From Pontiella sp. (GTDB lineage: Bacteria > Verrucomicrobiota > Kiritimatiellia > Kiritimatiellales > Pontiellaceae): a DNA stretch of 64,000 nt. Both the position numbers and the translations under genes were made by a program. Location of the stretch: assembly GCA_050290185.1 (NCBI GenBank), contig JBNKHE010000005.1, positions 64,001 through 128,000 of the forward strand, read 5' to 3'. Shown in pieces: positions 19,923 through 28,414 of the stretch. The notes beneath the pieces are model-generated. The model worked only from the letters and a program-made list of their open reading frames with translations. It was not told where the DNA came from and searched no databases. How positions within the stretch are numbered: the stretch's first letter is position 1; the number at the start of each line of letters is the position of its first letter.

Positions 19923-20046
19923 GGTAAACGTACTCCGTAGTTCGTACTGCTTATTGCTTGCTACGGAGGGTTTATATTCATCACGTAGATGCCGCGGGAA
20001 AAAGCCTCTCCGCCCTCTCTAATTAAGCAGTACTTTCAATTAGACC

Positions 20047-20075
20047 TTCATAACTGAACGATCGTTCAGTTTCAA
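20047..20075 (-). promoter_or_regulatory. lexA promoter containing a perfect 20-bp palindromic operator (candidate SOS box)
   Basis: Minus strand TTGAAA-17 nt-TATGAA; AACTGAACGATCGTTCAGTT at 20052-20071 fills the spacer. Confidence 0.7.
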
Positions 20076-20256
20076 TTGCAAAGTGCAGGAAGGGGTTGTT
20101 TTTTGATGGACGGAGGCGAAGTACCCTTAATGTAGATTCCGCTTTCCCGCACGCAGGGAACGCGGCCATCCTTCACCAGGGCTTCGGCATGGCAGGCAGA
20201 GGGCGTCGCGATGCGTTTGTGGAACCGGCCCGTGTCTATCCGGGGACAATGATCGG

Positions 20257-21189
20257 TTATATCTTCAATGCGTCCAAAATGGGCGACAGGTCGATCTTGG
20301 TGCTGGCGTTTCCGAGGGTGCCGTCGAACACATGAACGGCGTTGCGGGCCGCCAGTCCCTGGATGAGTTCCTCGAACTTGTTGGGGGATTGGGTTTGGCG
20401 GTTCATGAGGACTTCGACCTTGGCGGATCCGAAGCTGGCGCACTCACTGACCATGGAGGCGGAGTCGGAGGTGACGAAGAGCCGGTCGCACAGCTGGATA
20501 AAGGCGGGAATGGGGTTGTAGGAATCGCGTGAGTTGATGAGCTTGTAGTCAAACTCGAACCCGTCGATTACGCTTTCGATCTGTTTTGGTGTGCGACGCG
20601 ATGTGGTGATCCAGTGTTCCATTCCGGCGGTCGTTTCAAAGATCCGTTCCAGCTGTTGTTCCATTTCGACCGGATCGATTTCGGAAACGGCGTTGGGGCC
20701 GCCGATAATAATGCCAACGGCGGTTTTTTGCTGAACATGCCGAGTCTTGAATCCGGCGGTTTTTTCTTCGAAGAAGGCGGGGGCGGCGGCGCATAAATTG
20801 AGAGGGAGTTCGGTGATGTTGCTGCGTTTAGGCGGATGGTCGTAGGACGGACAGAGGATCCGGTCGAAGTCGAGCCGGTAGCCTTTCGGATAGAGAATAG
20901 CGATATTTGGAACGCCAAGCTTTCGGGCCAGCAGTTTGTTGGCATAGTAGGTGGTGGAGCCGGTGGAGATGATCACTTCAGCGGTTGGATCTGAGCTGTC
21001 AGCCGTTAGTTCCATGATGCGTTCCGTGTAGATGCCGAGGCGGTCGAGGAGATAGGAGATCGCCTTGGCGGCACGGCTTTTGTAAGCCATTTCGGCGATT
21101 TCATAATCCAGTCCGAGGTGTTTGCAGAGCGCAATCGACTGGTTCACATGCCCCGGCTTGCCATCGCTGATGATCAATGCGGCTTTCAT
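20257..21189 (-). CDS. ELM1/GtrOC1 family putative glycosyltransferase (second copy)
   Basis: SDGKPGHVNQSIAL, IIIGG, TTSRRTP, VTSDSASMVSE; ATG overlaps the upstream TGA (ATGA). Confidence 0.82.
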   Translation of the reverse strand: MKAALIISDGKPGHVNQSIALCKHLGLDYEIAEMAYKSRAAKAISYLLDRLGIYTERIMELTADSSDPTAEVIISTGSTTYYANKLLARKLGVPNIAILYPKGYRLDFDRILCPSYDHPPKRSNITELPLNLCAAAPAFFEEKTAGFKTRHVQQKTAVGIIIGGPNAVSEIDPVEMEQQLERIFETTAGMEHWITTSRRTPKQIESVIDGFEFDYKLINSRDSYNPIPAFIQLCDRLFVTSDSASMVSECASFGSAKVEVLMNRQTQSPNKFEELIQGLAARNAVHVFDGTLGNASTKIDLSPILDALKI

Positions 21190-22121
21190 GATTTTTTCTT
21201 CTTTTTTTTCTGTCGCTTTTTTTGCTGCTCCAGTCCCCAACGATCGTGAACCCAGAACCATTGTTCAGGATATTGGCGAATCATATTTTCAATGATCTTC
21301 TGGTGGATGCAGGTCAGTTCCCGCACCTGCTCCTCCATGGGCTTACCGTTGTCGTTCCACCGCATCGGCTCGCCGACGATGAAGCGGTATTTGCGCGGCC
21401 CGGTTCTCACCATGAATGAGGGGGTCACGGTAAACCCAAAGCGGATCTGGAGTACGGCCGGTGTTGTCGTAGTTCCGGTGTCCCTGCTGAAAAACCTGAC
21501 GGGGATCCCTTCCCGTGCATTCAGGCGCTGGTCGATCATCAATCCCGTGATTCCGCCGCCTTTGATGGCCTTCACCAGTTTCATGACTGCATTTTTTTTG
21601 TAGAAGATATTCACGCCGAAGCGTTCGCGGAGGGGGCGTACGATCCGCTCTTCCAGCAGGGCATTGCTGGTCTTCCGCGCAATGACATGTATCGGGCGGT
21701 TGGTCTGCAGGGCCATATATTGCGGCATCAGCTCCCAGTTGCCGATATGGGCCGAGACTCCAAGTATGCCCAGACTCGTTTTTTCAATCTCCCGCTCGAT
21801 CTGCTCCCATCCCTCTGCGACGACCATGTCCTGTAGCCGCTCGTTCGAGATCCTGCCGCTCATGATCAGCATGTTGAGGGCCATGGATTCGGCCATAATC
21901 GCAAAGTTTTTCCGGATGATGCGTTTTCGTTCAGTCTGGGCCATGTCCGGAAATGCAATCGCTATGTTTTGCAGCGCCAGCGTGCGGCGCCCCGCCAGCA
22001 GGGCATAGGAAAGCCTGCCTAATGCGTTGAATAGGCCATAGATGCAGGTTTCCGGCAGCATCCGGCAAAAACTCAGCAGGCCAGCCACCGCTGCGTATTC
22101 AATTTGATCGCGTATTTTCAT
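21186..22121 (-). CDS. Lipid A late acyltransferase (LpxL/HtrB family)
   Basis: SAHIGNWEL, MIDQ, PEQWFWVHDRW. Confidence 0.88.
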   Translation of the reverse strand: MKIRDQIEYAAVAGLLSFCRMLPETCIYGLFNALGRLSYALLAGRRTLALQNIAIAFPDMAQTERKRIIRKNFAIMAESMALNMLIMSGRISNERLQDMVVAEGWEQIEREIEKTSLGILGVSAHIGNWELMPQYMALQTNRPIHVIARKTSNALLEERIVRPLRERFGVNIFYKKNAVMKLVKAIKGGGITGLMIDQRLNAREGIPVRFFSRDTGTTTTPAVLQIRFGFTVTPSFMVRTGPRKYRFIVGEPMRWNDNGKPMEEQVRELTCIHQKIIENMIRQYPEQWFWVHDRWGLEQQKKRQKKKKKKS

Positions 22122-22243
22122 ATCGGTTTTAGTGGGATGGCCGACAGTTAAGCCGGATTTTCGAAAGACTGCAACTGGATTGCCTCTTAACTTGAGCTGA
22201 CGGGGTTTCGTCAATACAGTATGCGCTTCGATGGGGGATCAAT

Positions 22244-23362
22244 TTGGCAAAACTAAGTAAATATCTGGTAAGGGATTGGTTGACGACCTTCTCCGTGGCG
22301 ATGCTGCTGATTACTTTTGGCTTCAGCGTTCCGTTGATCTACGAAGCCGTCGGGTTTATGGCCAAAGGTTTGCCGGCGGGAACGGTCGGACGGTTTTTCC
22401 TTTACAACCTGCCGTATTCATTTGCCTACACGATTCCGATCAGTGCCCTGTTTTCGACCCTGCTGTTGTTCGGGCGGTTGTCGGCCGATAGCGAAATCAG
22501 CGCCATGAAGAGTGGAGGATTGAGTCTTTGGCAGATCGCCTCCCCGATCGTTTTGATTTCCTGTGTGCTCGTTTTAATCTGCCTCTACAACAACTGCGTT
22601 GTATACCCGCAGACCACCTACGCAAAGCGCAAGATCGTCAAGTCCATGGGGGTCGAGGATCCGATCAAGCTGCTGGAGGAAGGACGATTCATACGGGATA
22701 TCCCCGGCTATATGATCTATGTCGGAAAGAAGAACCGCAATCGGGTCAAGGATCTGATTATCTATGATATCGATGATGAGGGCAAGGTGGTCAGGACGTT
22801 GCGCGCAGAGGCCGGTGTGCTTAGCACCGATGAGGAAAATGCGCTGCTCAAAATTGATCTGTTCGATGTACGCATCGAGGATTACAAAAGTGCCGACTCG
22901 GCCGGAAATCCCACTTACGTAAACATGAAGAAGCTGCCACGCCGCTTCAACATCAAGAAACTGATGGGTAGCGGAAGAGTGTCTCCAAAGCGCAAGAACC
23001 TGACGTTGTCTGAACTCGCGTGGCGCATTCGTAATCCCGACCGCGAATACAATCTGCTGGATGCGGATAGCCGCGCGAAGCAGCGGGGCCGTGATCTGGT
23101 TGAACTGAACCAGCGAATCTGTCTGGCGCTATCGCCTGTCATGTTTGTACTGATTGCGATTCCAATGGGCATCAAGTCGCACCGGAAGGAATCCTCGGCG
23201 GGCATGCTGGTCAGTCTGGTGGTCATGTTTGTCTACTATGTTTTCATCATTCTGTCCGACACGTTTGCGGATGAGTTGTTTCTCCTTCCATGGCTGTTTC
23301 CGTGGGTGCCGATCATCGGCGGGCAAATCGCCGGTTTAACGTTGCTGCGCCGCGCAAATTAG
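22244..23362 (+). CDS. LPS export ABC transporter permease LptF/LptG family
   Basis: GRLSADSEISAMKSGGLS motif; 3 TM + periplasmic beta domain + 3 TM layout. Confidence 0.88.
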   Translation: MAKLSKYLVRDWLTTFSVAMLLITFGFSVPLIYEAVGFMAKGLPAGTVGRFFLYNLPYSFAYTIPISALFSTLLLFGRLSADSEISAMKSGGLSLWQIASPIVLISCVLVLICLYNNCVVYPQTTYAKRKIVKSMGVEDPIKLLEEGRFIRDIPGYMIYVGKKNRNRVKDLIIYDIDDEGKVVRTLRAEAGVLSTDEENALLKIDLFDVRIEDYKSADSAGNPTYVNMKKLPRRFNIKKLMGSGRVSPKRKNLTLSELAWRIRNPDREYNLLDADSRAKQRGRDLVELNQRICLALSPVMFVLIAIPMGIKSHRKESSAGMLVSLVVMFVYYVFIILSDTFADELFLLPWLFPWVPIIGGQIAGLTLLRRAN

Positions 23363-23392
23363 GCCTTTTCGCCAGAATCCTTTTGGACGGGC

Positions 23393-23421
23393 TTGCCATG
23401 CTGGCGGCACCTCTGTATCTT
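23393..23421 (+). promoter_or_regulatory. Promoter of SRP RNA
   Basis: TTGCCA (23393-23398), 17-nt spacer, TATCTT (23416-23421). Confidence 0.55.
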
Positions 23422-23449
23422 CGCGGCTTCTTACTGAAACCGGGAAGAT

Positions 23450-23601
23450 ACCGATACGATTCCCGGCGTGTGTGTTGAAGGTTGGTCTCTGGGCGACGGA
23501 CGCTGGGGAATCCCGTCAGGGTCGGAAGGCAGCAGCGGTAAACCATGTTTTCCGGGTGTCCGGAAGCGCCGGCCGGAGCACATGCCGGGGATCCTTTCGG
23601 T
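23450..23601 (+). ncRNA. ffs: Signal recognition particle RNA (ends approximate)
   Basis: GTCAGG-GTC-GGAA-GGC-AGCAGC helix-8 motif at 23515-23536; closing stem GATTCCCGGCGTGTG/CACATGCCGGGGATC; directly upstream of dnaX-ybaB-recR. Confidence 0.88.
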
Positions 23602-23684
23602 CGCTTGCCGGAAAAGGTTTTTGTGCTGGATACGCAGCCTGAGGGCTGTGCAAGGGCAATACGATATACGTAGTACGAGATAAT

Positions 23685-25331
23685 ATGGCATACGAAGTAC
23701 TAGCAAGAAAATGGCGGCCGCAGCAGTTTGCGGATGTGGTTGGGCAGGAGCACGTCACCCGGACGTTGGCGAATGCCATCGAAACCGACCGCGTTGCCCA
23801 TGCCTATATCTTTGTCGGCTCGCGCGGAACCGGCAAAACAACCTCCGCCCGTATTCTTGCCAAGGCCCTCAACTGCATGGAAGGGCCCACCCCCGTACCG
23901 TGCGACCAATGCGACTCCTGCCGTGAAATCATGGCCGGCAACAGCCTGGATGTGATCGAGATCGACGGGGCCTCGAACAACGGGGTCGACCAGGTGCGCG
24001 ATCTGCGCGACAATGTCCGGTATTCCCCGGCACGCGGACCCTATAAAATCTACATCATCGACGAAGTGCACATGCTCTCGACGCAGGCTTTCAATGCCTT
24101 GCTGAAGACGCTTGAAGAACCGCCTTCGCACGTAAAATTTATTTTTGCCACCACGGATGTTCACAAGGTATTGCCCACCATTCTGTCCCGGTGCCAGCGC
24201 TTTGATCTGCGCCGGATTACCGTGCAGGACATCGTTGATCGTCTGCGCACGGGATGTGCCGAAGAGGGAATCAAGATTTCCGAAGATGCCTTGCTCGCCA
24301 TCGCCCGAGGTGCGGAAGGCGGTCTGCGCGATGCCGAATCCGCCCTCGACCAGATCATATCTTTCCGCGGCAAGGCGATCGAAGAGGAGGACGTGCTGTC
24401 CGTCTTCGGTCTTGTTTCACGTTCCATTCTCGAAAACATGACGATGGCGATCCTCGGATCCGATGTGCCCAAAATCATTGATATTGTTTCGTCCATGGAT
24501 CAGTCCGGCAAGGATCTGCAACGGGTGGTGATGGAGCTGCTCGAGAACTTCCGGAATCTGCTGGTGGTGCTCTATGCCGGCGATGGCGCGGCGGCGTTGG
24601 AGCTGCCGGAATCGCAATTGGAGTTCTACAAGGCCCAGGCCCCCGGTACGGAAGCCGGACGGGTTATACGGATCATTGACGCCCTGATTGAAACCGACAG
24701 CCGCATGCGCTATGCGCTCTCCAAGAAAACCATACTGGAAACGGGCCTGATTCGTTGTTCACGCGCGGCCGAAACCGCCACCATCAATGAACTGCTCAAA
24801 CAGGTCGCCGAACTAAAAAAAAACTTTAAATCCGGCGGGCCAGCCATCGGTGCAGTAACGGAAGCCGCCTCGCCGGACTACGGCACCAGTCAGCAAAAAA
24901 AAAAGATAGGTGAGGCCGGGGAACTGGAAATTCTCCTGAAAAACTGGCACTCCATTGTCGATCACGTCGGCAAGGCCGACCCGCTCTCCCACCGCTATTT
25001 TCTCGATACCGCCCCCCTTCGTACCGACGATACCCATCTGACAGTGGGTTATGACCCTGAATTCAAGGAAGACCTGGCGCGTTTTGATGATTCACGAACC
25101 AGGCTTGCACTGGCCCGTGCCGTGGAAAAATATATGGGCCGATTGCCTGCGATCTTGTTCGAACCATTAAAGCCCGACGACCACCGTCCATTACCGGCGG
25201 ACCACGGCGTTGAAGATACGGGCAACCAGGGTTCCCGGGCGCTGACTGGACCGGCGAAATGGTATGCAAATCCCGTTGTGAAAACCGTGGTTGAGGCTTT
25301 TAATGGGGAGATTGAAGACGTGCGGGAATGA
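23685..25331 (+). CDS. dnaX: DNA polymerase III subunit gamma/tau
   Basis: LARKWRPQQF, GSRGTGKT, Zn-binding cysteines, IIDEVHML, SRC motif. Confidence 0.97.
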   Translation: MAYEVLARKWRPQQFADVVGQEHVTRTLANAIETDRVAHAYIFVGSRGTGKTTSARILAKALNCMEGPTPVPCDQCDSCREIMAGNSLDVIEIDGASNNGVDQVRDLRDNVRYSPARGPYKIYIIDEVHMLSTQAFNALLKTLEEPPSHVKFIFATTDVHKVLPTILSRCQRFDLRRITVQDIVDRLRTGCAEEGIKISEDALLAIARGAEGGLRDAESALDQIISFRGKAIEEEDVLSVFGLVSRSILENMTMAILGSDVPKIIDIVSSMDQSGKDLQRVVMELLENFRNLLVVLYAGDGAAALELPESQLEFYKAQAPGTEAGRVIRIIDALIETDSRMRYALSKKTILETGLIRCSRAAETATINELLKQVAELKKNFKSGGPAIGAVTEAASPDYGTSQQKKKIGEAGELEILLKNWHSIVDHVGKADPLSHRYFLDTAPLRTDDTHLTVGYDPEFKEDLARFDDSRTRLALARAVEKYMGRLPAILFEPLKPDDHRPLPADHGVEDTGNQGSRALTGPAKWYANPVVKTVVEAFNGEIEDVRE

Positions 25332-25438
25332 TTGCTGCTACGTACTGCGCATTTCAGTCCTCTGCAGGACAGGAGCCTCAAAGCAGCACAAACCTCGCTA
25401 TTTTTAATTAAACTGAAACAAGAGAAGGAACCAACGCT

Positions 25439-25759
25439 ATGAACATGATGAAAATGATGAAGCAGGCAGCCGATCTGCAGAAAAACATGAAAAAGAAGCA
25501 GGATGAGCTCGCCAAGACCGAGGTGCAGTTTACCGCAGGCGGCGGCATGGTTACCGCCACGGCGAGCTGCGACATGAAGATCAAGAGCATCAAGATCAAT
25601 CCAGATGCCGTGGATCCCGAAGATGTCGAAATGCTGGAAGACCTGGTTTTTGCCGCCGTTGACGGTGTGTTGAGTTCTGCTCAGGAAACCATGTCGAAGG
25701 AAATGGGCAAGCTGACACAAGGCATGGGTTTGCCCGCGGGAACGGGGCTGCCGTTCTAA
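25439..25759 (+). CDS. ybaB: YbaB/EbfC nucleoid-associated protein
   Basis: MMKQA, AGGGMV, DVEMLEDLV; lies between dnaX and recR. Confidence 0.93.
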   Translation: MNMMKMMKQAADLQKNMKKKQDELAKTEVQFTAGGGMVTATASCDMKIKSIKINPDAVDPEDVEMLEDLVFAAVDGVLSSAQETMSKEMGKLTQGMGLPAGTGLPF

Positions 25760-25765
25760 GGATTT

Positions 25766-26371
25766 ATGAACCACCTGATTCCTCTCGATAACCTTGTGGC
25801 GGCGCTCAGCCGGTTGCCCGGCATCGGCCGGCGAACCGCCGAGCGTATGGCTATGGCACTGGTGCAGGATCAAAAGGGACTGATGCGCATCCTGGCGAAC
25901 GCCCTGCTCGAAGCCGATGAAACCATCGTGACCTGCGAGCGATGTGGAAGCATCACCGAGTCATCCAGGAATCCCTGCGAGTTATGCGCCCGTCCGCGCA
26001 AGGATGCGCAGATCCTCTGTGTGGTTGAGAGTCCCGGCGATATCATCAAGATAGAGGAATCAGGAGGTTTCCAGGGCCGCTACCATGCCTTGATGGGGCG
26101 GCTTTCTCCCATGCACGGAGTCGGTGCGGCCGACCTGCGCGTCGACAAGCTCCTGCAGCGCATTGCCGATGAAAATATCGAGGAGGTTCTGATCGCACTC
26201 GGAACCGATGTCGAAAGCGATGCCACCGCCAGCTATCTCAAGGAAGTGCTTGCCACCCGCAACGTGAAGGTGTCGCGCATCGCCTTTGGCTTGCCGGCCG
26301 GCGGCGCCATCGAATATTCCGATTCGGCTACACTCTCGCGGGCTATAAAAGGCCGCCAGGAAGTCGAGTGA
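25766..26371 (+). CDS. recR: Recombination mediator RecR
   Basis: LPGIGRRTAERMA HhH, C4 zinc finger, CVVE Toprim, SRIAFGLPAGGAIEY. Confidence 0.95.
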   Translation: MNHLIPLDNLVAALSRLPGIGRRTAERMAMALVQDQKGLMRILANALLEADETIVTCERCGSITESSRNPCELCARPRKDAQILCVVESPGDIIKIEESGGFQGRYHALMGRLSPMHGVGAADLRVDKLLQRIADENIEEVLIALGTDVESDATASYLKEVLATRNVKVSRIAFGLPAGGAIEYSDSATLSRAIKGRQEVE

Positions 26372-26458
26372 CCGGTGCTTTTGCGGCGGATCAATAAGCG
26401 CAAGTTATTGTCAATAAACAGCTGATATAAATGCTGTAAAAAAGTTGTTTTCGGGGTG

Positions 26459-26486
26459 TTGACAAGATCGGTTATTCCTGTACCTT
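26459..26486 (+). promoter_or_regulatory. tRNA promoter
   Basis: TTGACA (26459-26464), 16-nt spacer, TACCTT, about 20 nt upstream of the tRNA. Confidence 0.55.
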
Positions 26487-26505
26487 GTCCACCTCTTTTG
26501 AGCAT

Positions 26506-26580
26506 TCCTGCGTAGCTCAGCGGTAGAGTAGGTGGCTGTTAACCACTTGGTCGTTGGTTCGAATCCAACCGCAGGAGCCA
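26506..26580 (+). tRNA. tRNA-Asn (GTT)
   Basis: Acceptor stem TCCTGCG/CGCAGGA; anticodon arm GGTGG-CTGTTAA-CCACT; GTTCGAATC T loop; encoded CCA. Confidence 0.97.
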
Positions 26581-26586
26581 TTTTTT

Positions 26587-26616
26587 AAGCCGACACTTCT
26601 GTGTCGGCTTTTTTTT
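26587..26616 (+). terminator. Rho-independent terminator after tRNA-Asn
   Basis: AAGCCGACAC-TTCT-GTGTCGGCTT followed by a T run. Confidence 0.85.
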
Positions 26617-26661
26617 GTTCCAACAGGCTCCATGGGTTACCCGCCGGGAAGCGGCGGCCAT

Positions 26662-26690
26662 AAAAAAGGGCAGGCTTGAAAGCCCGCCCC
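26662..26690 (-). terminator. Rho-independent terminator after sodA
   Basis: Minus strand GGGCGGGCTT-TC-AAGCCTGCCC followed by T6. Confidence 0.65.
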
Positions 26691-26726
26691 CGACACCGAA
26701 CGCAGGTGTCCGGCTTTATTATGGAA

Positions 26727-27341
<615 letters not shown>

Positions 27342-27529
27342 AGTAAGCCTCCTGTAACGTTTTTGGTTTCAACTAAACCTATAATGTTCGGTTTGATATC
27401 TAAGTCAAATTAATATAGTACTATATAGGTATTAAATAAGACGGCGCAATCCGCTGCGGGCTTTTAGGTTGAATTAATTTCTAATCCTTGGAGAATAGCG
27501 CACTTGTTTTTAAACCAATGGAATCCGGC

Positions 27530-28411
27530 ATGGATAAACCTCAAAAAATCGCAATACTTGGATTGGGCCTGATGGGCGCCTCGCTGGCGCTTGCCCTGAA
27601 AAAACGCGGCTTTTCGGGACAGCTCGTTGGCTATGCCCGACGCGAAGAAACATGCACCCAGGCCACCGGATCAGGCATCTTCGACGCCGTTTTCTCTGAT
27701 GCAGTCGAGGCCGTTGGCGAGGCCGATATTGTGGTGATCTGCGTGCCGATCTGGACCATCGCCCAGCTGGCGGAACAGATTGTCGGATCACTGAAGCCGG
27801 GCGCGGTCGTGACCGATGTCGGCAGCACCAAATCGGAATTGTTGAAAATTATGAAGCCGCTGTTCGTAGACAGCCATGCATGCTTTGTGGGGTCGCATCC
27901 GATAGCGGGTTCGGAAAAAACCGGTATCGAGGCGGGCGATCCGGATCTGTATGAAGGCCGTTTGACGGTAGTCTGTCCTTCGGACGACACTCCAGCCGCG
28001 GCGGAACAGGCTGTGGTTGATCTGTGGAAGTCGGCTGGATCAGAGGTCGAGGAAATGTCGCCGGCTGCCCACGATGCCATGCTGGCATCCACCAGCCATC
28101 TGCCGCACATGGTGGCAGCTGCCCTGTCGCGTTCGGTGGCCAATGGCAATCCGGCGAAAAAAGCCGACTTTTGCGGGACGGGTTTCAAAGATACCACGCG
28201 GGTGGCGTCCGGCTCCGCCAACATGTGGGTGGATATCATCGACACCAACCGTTCTGCACTGGAAGCCGAGCTGGGTCGCTTCCACGAAGAACTGCAGGGA
28301 TTGATCAAAATTTTGCGCAGCGGTCACGGAGACGATATCCGCCAGTGGCTCGAAGACGCCGCCGATGCCCGCAACCAGATTCTTAAACTAAACAGATTTT
28401 TAAAGAGGTAA
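27530..28411 (+). CDS. tyrA: Prephenate/arogenate dehydrogenase
   Basis: GLGLMGASL, DVGSTK, HPIAGSE, SHLPH, GFKDTTRVA. Confidence 0.92.
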   Translation: MDKPQKIAILGLGLMGASLALALKKRGFSGQLVGYARREETCTQATGSGIFDAVFSDAVEAVGEADIVVICVPIWTIAQLAEQIVGSLKPGAVVTDVGSTKSELLKIMKPLFVDSHACFVGSHPIAGSEKTGIEAGDPDLYEGRLTVVCPSDDTPAAAEQAVVDLWKSAGSEVEEMSPAAHDAMLASTSHLPHMVAAALSRSVANGNPAKKADFCGTGFKDTTRVASGSANMWVDIIDTNRSALEAELGRFHEELQGLIKILRSGHGDDIRQWLEDAADARNQILKLNRFLKR

Positions 28412-28414
28412 GAT

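Noticed and set aside
21186..21225. A-runs in the poly-Lys tail of the lipid A acyltransferase as a phase-variation site
   Set aside because: Runs lie in the last codons after the catalytic domain, and basic tails are common
26506..26700. tRNA-Asn as an island integration site
   Set aside because: No integrase and no duplicated tRNA 3' end noticed; flanked by housekeeping genes
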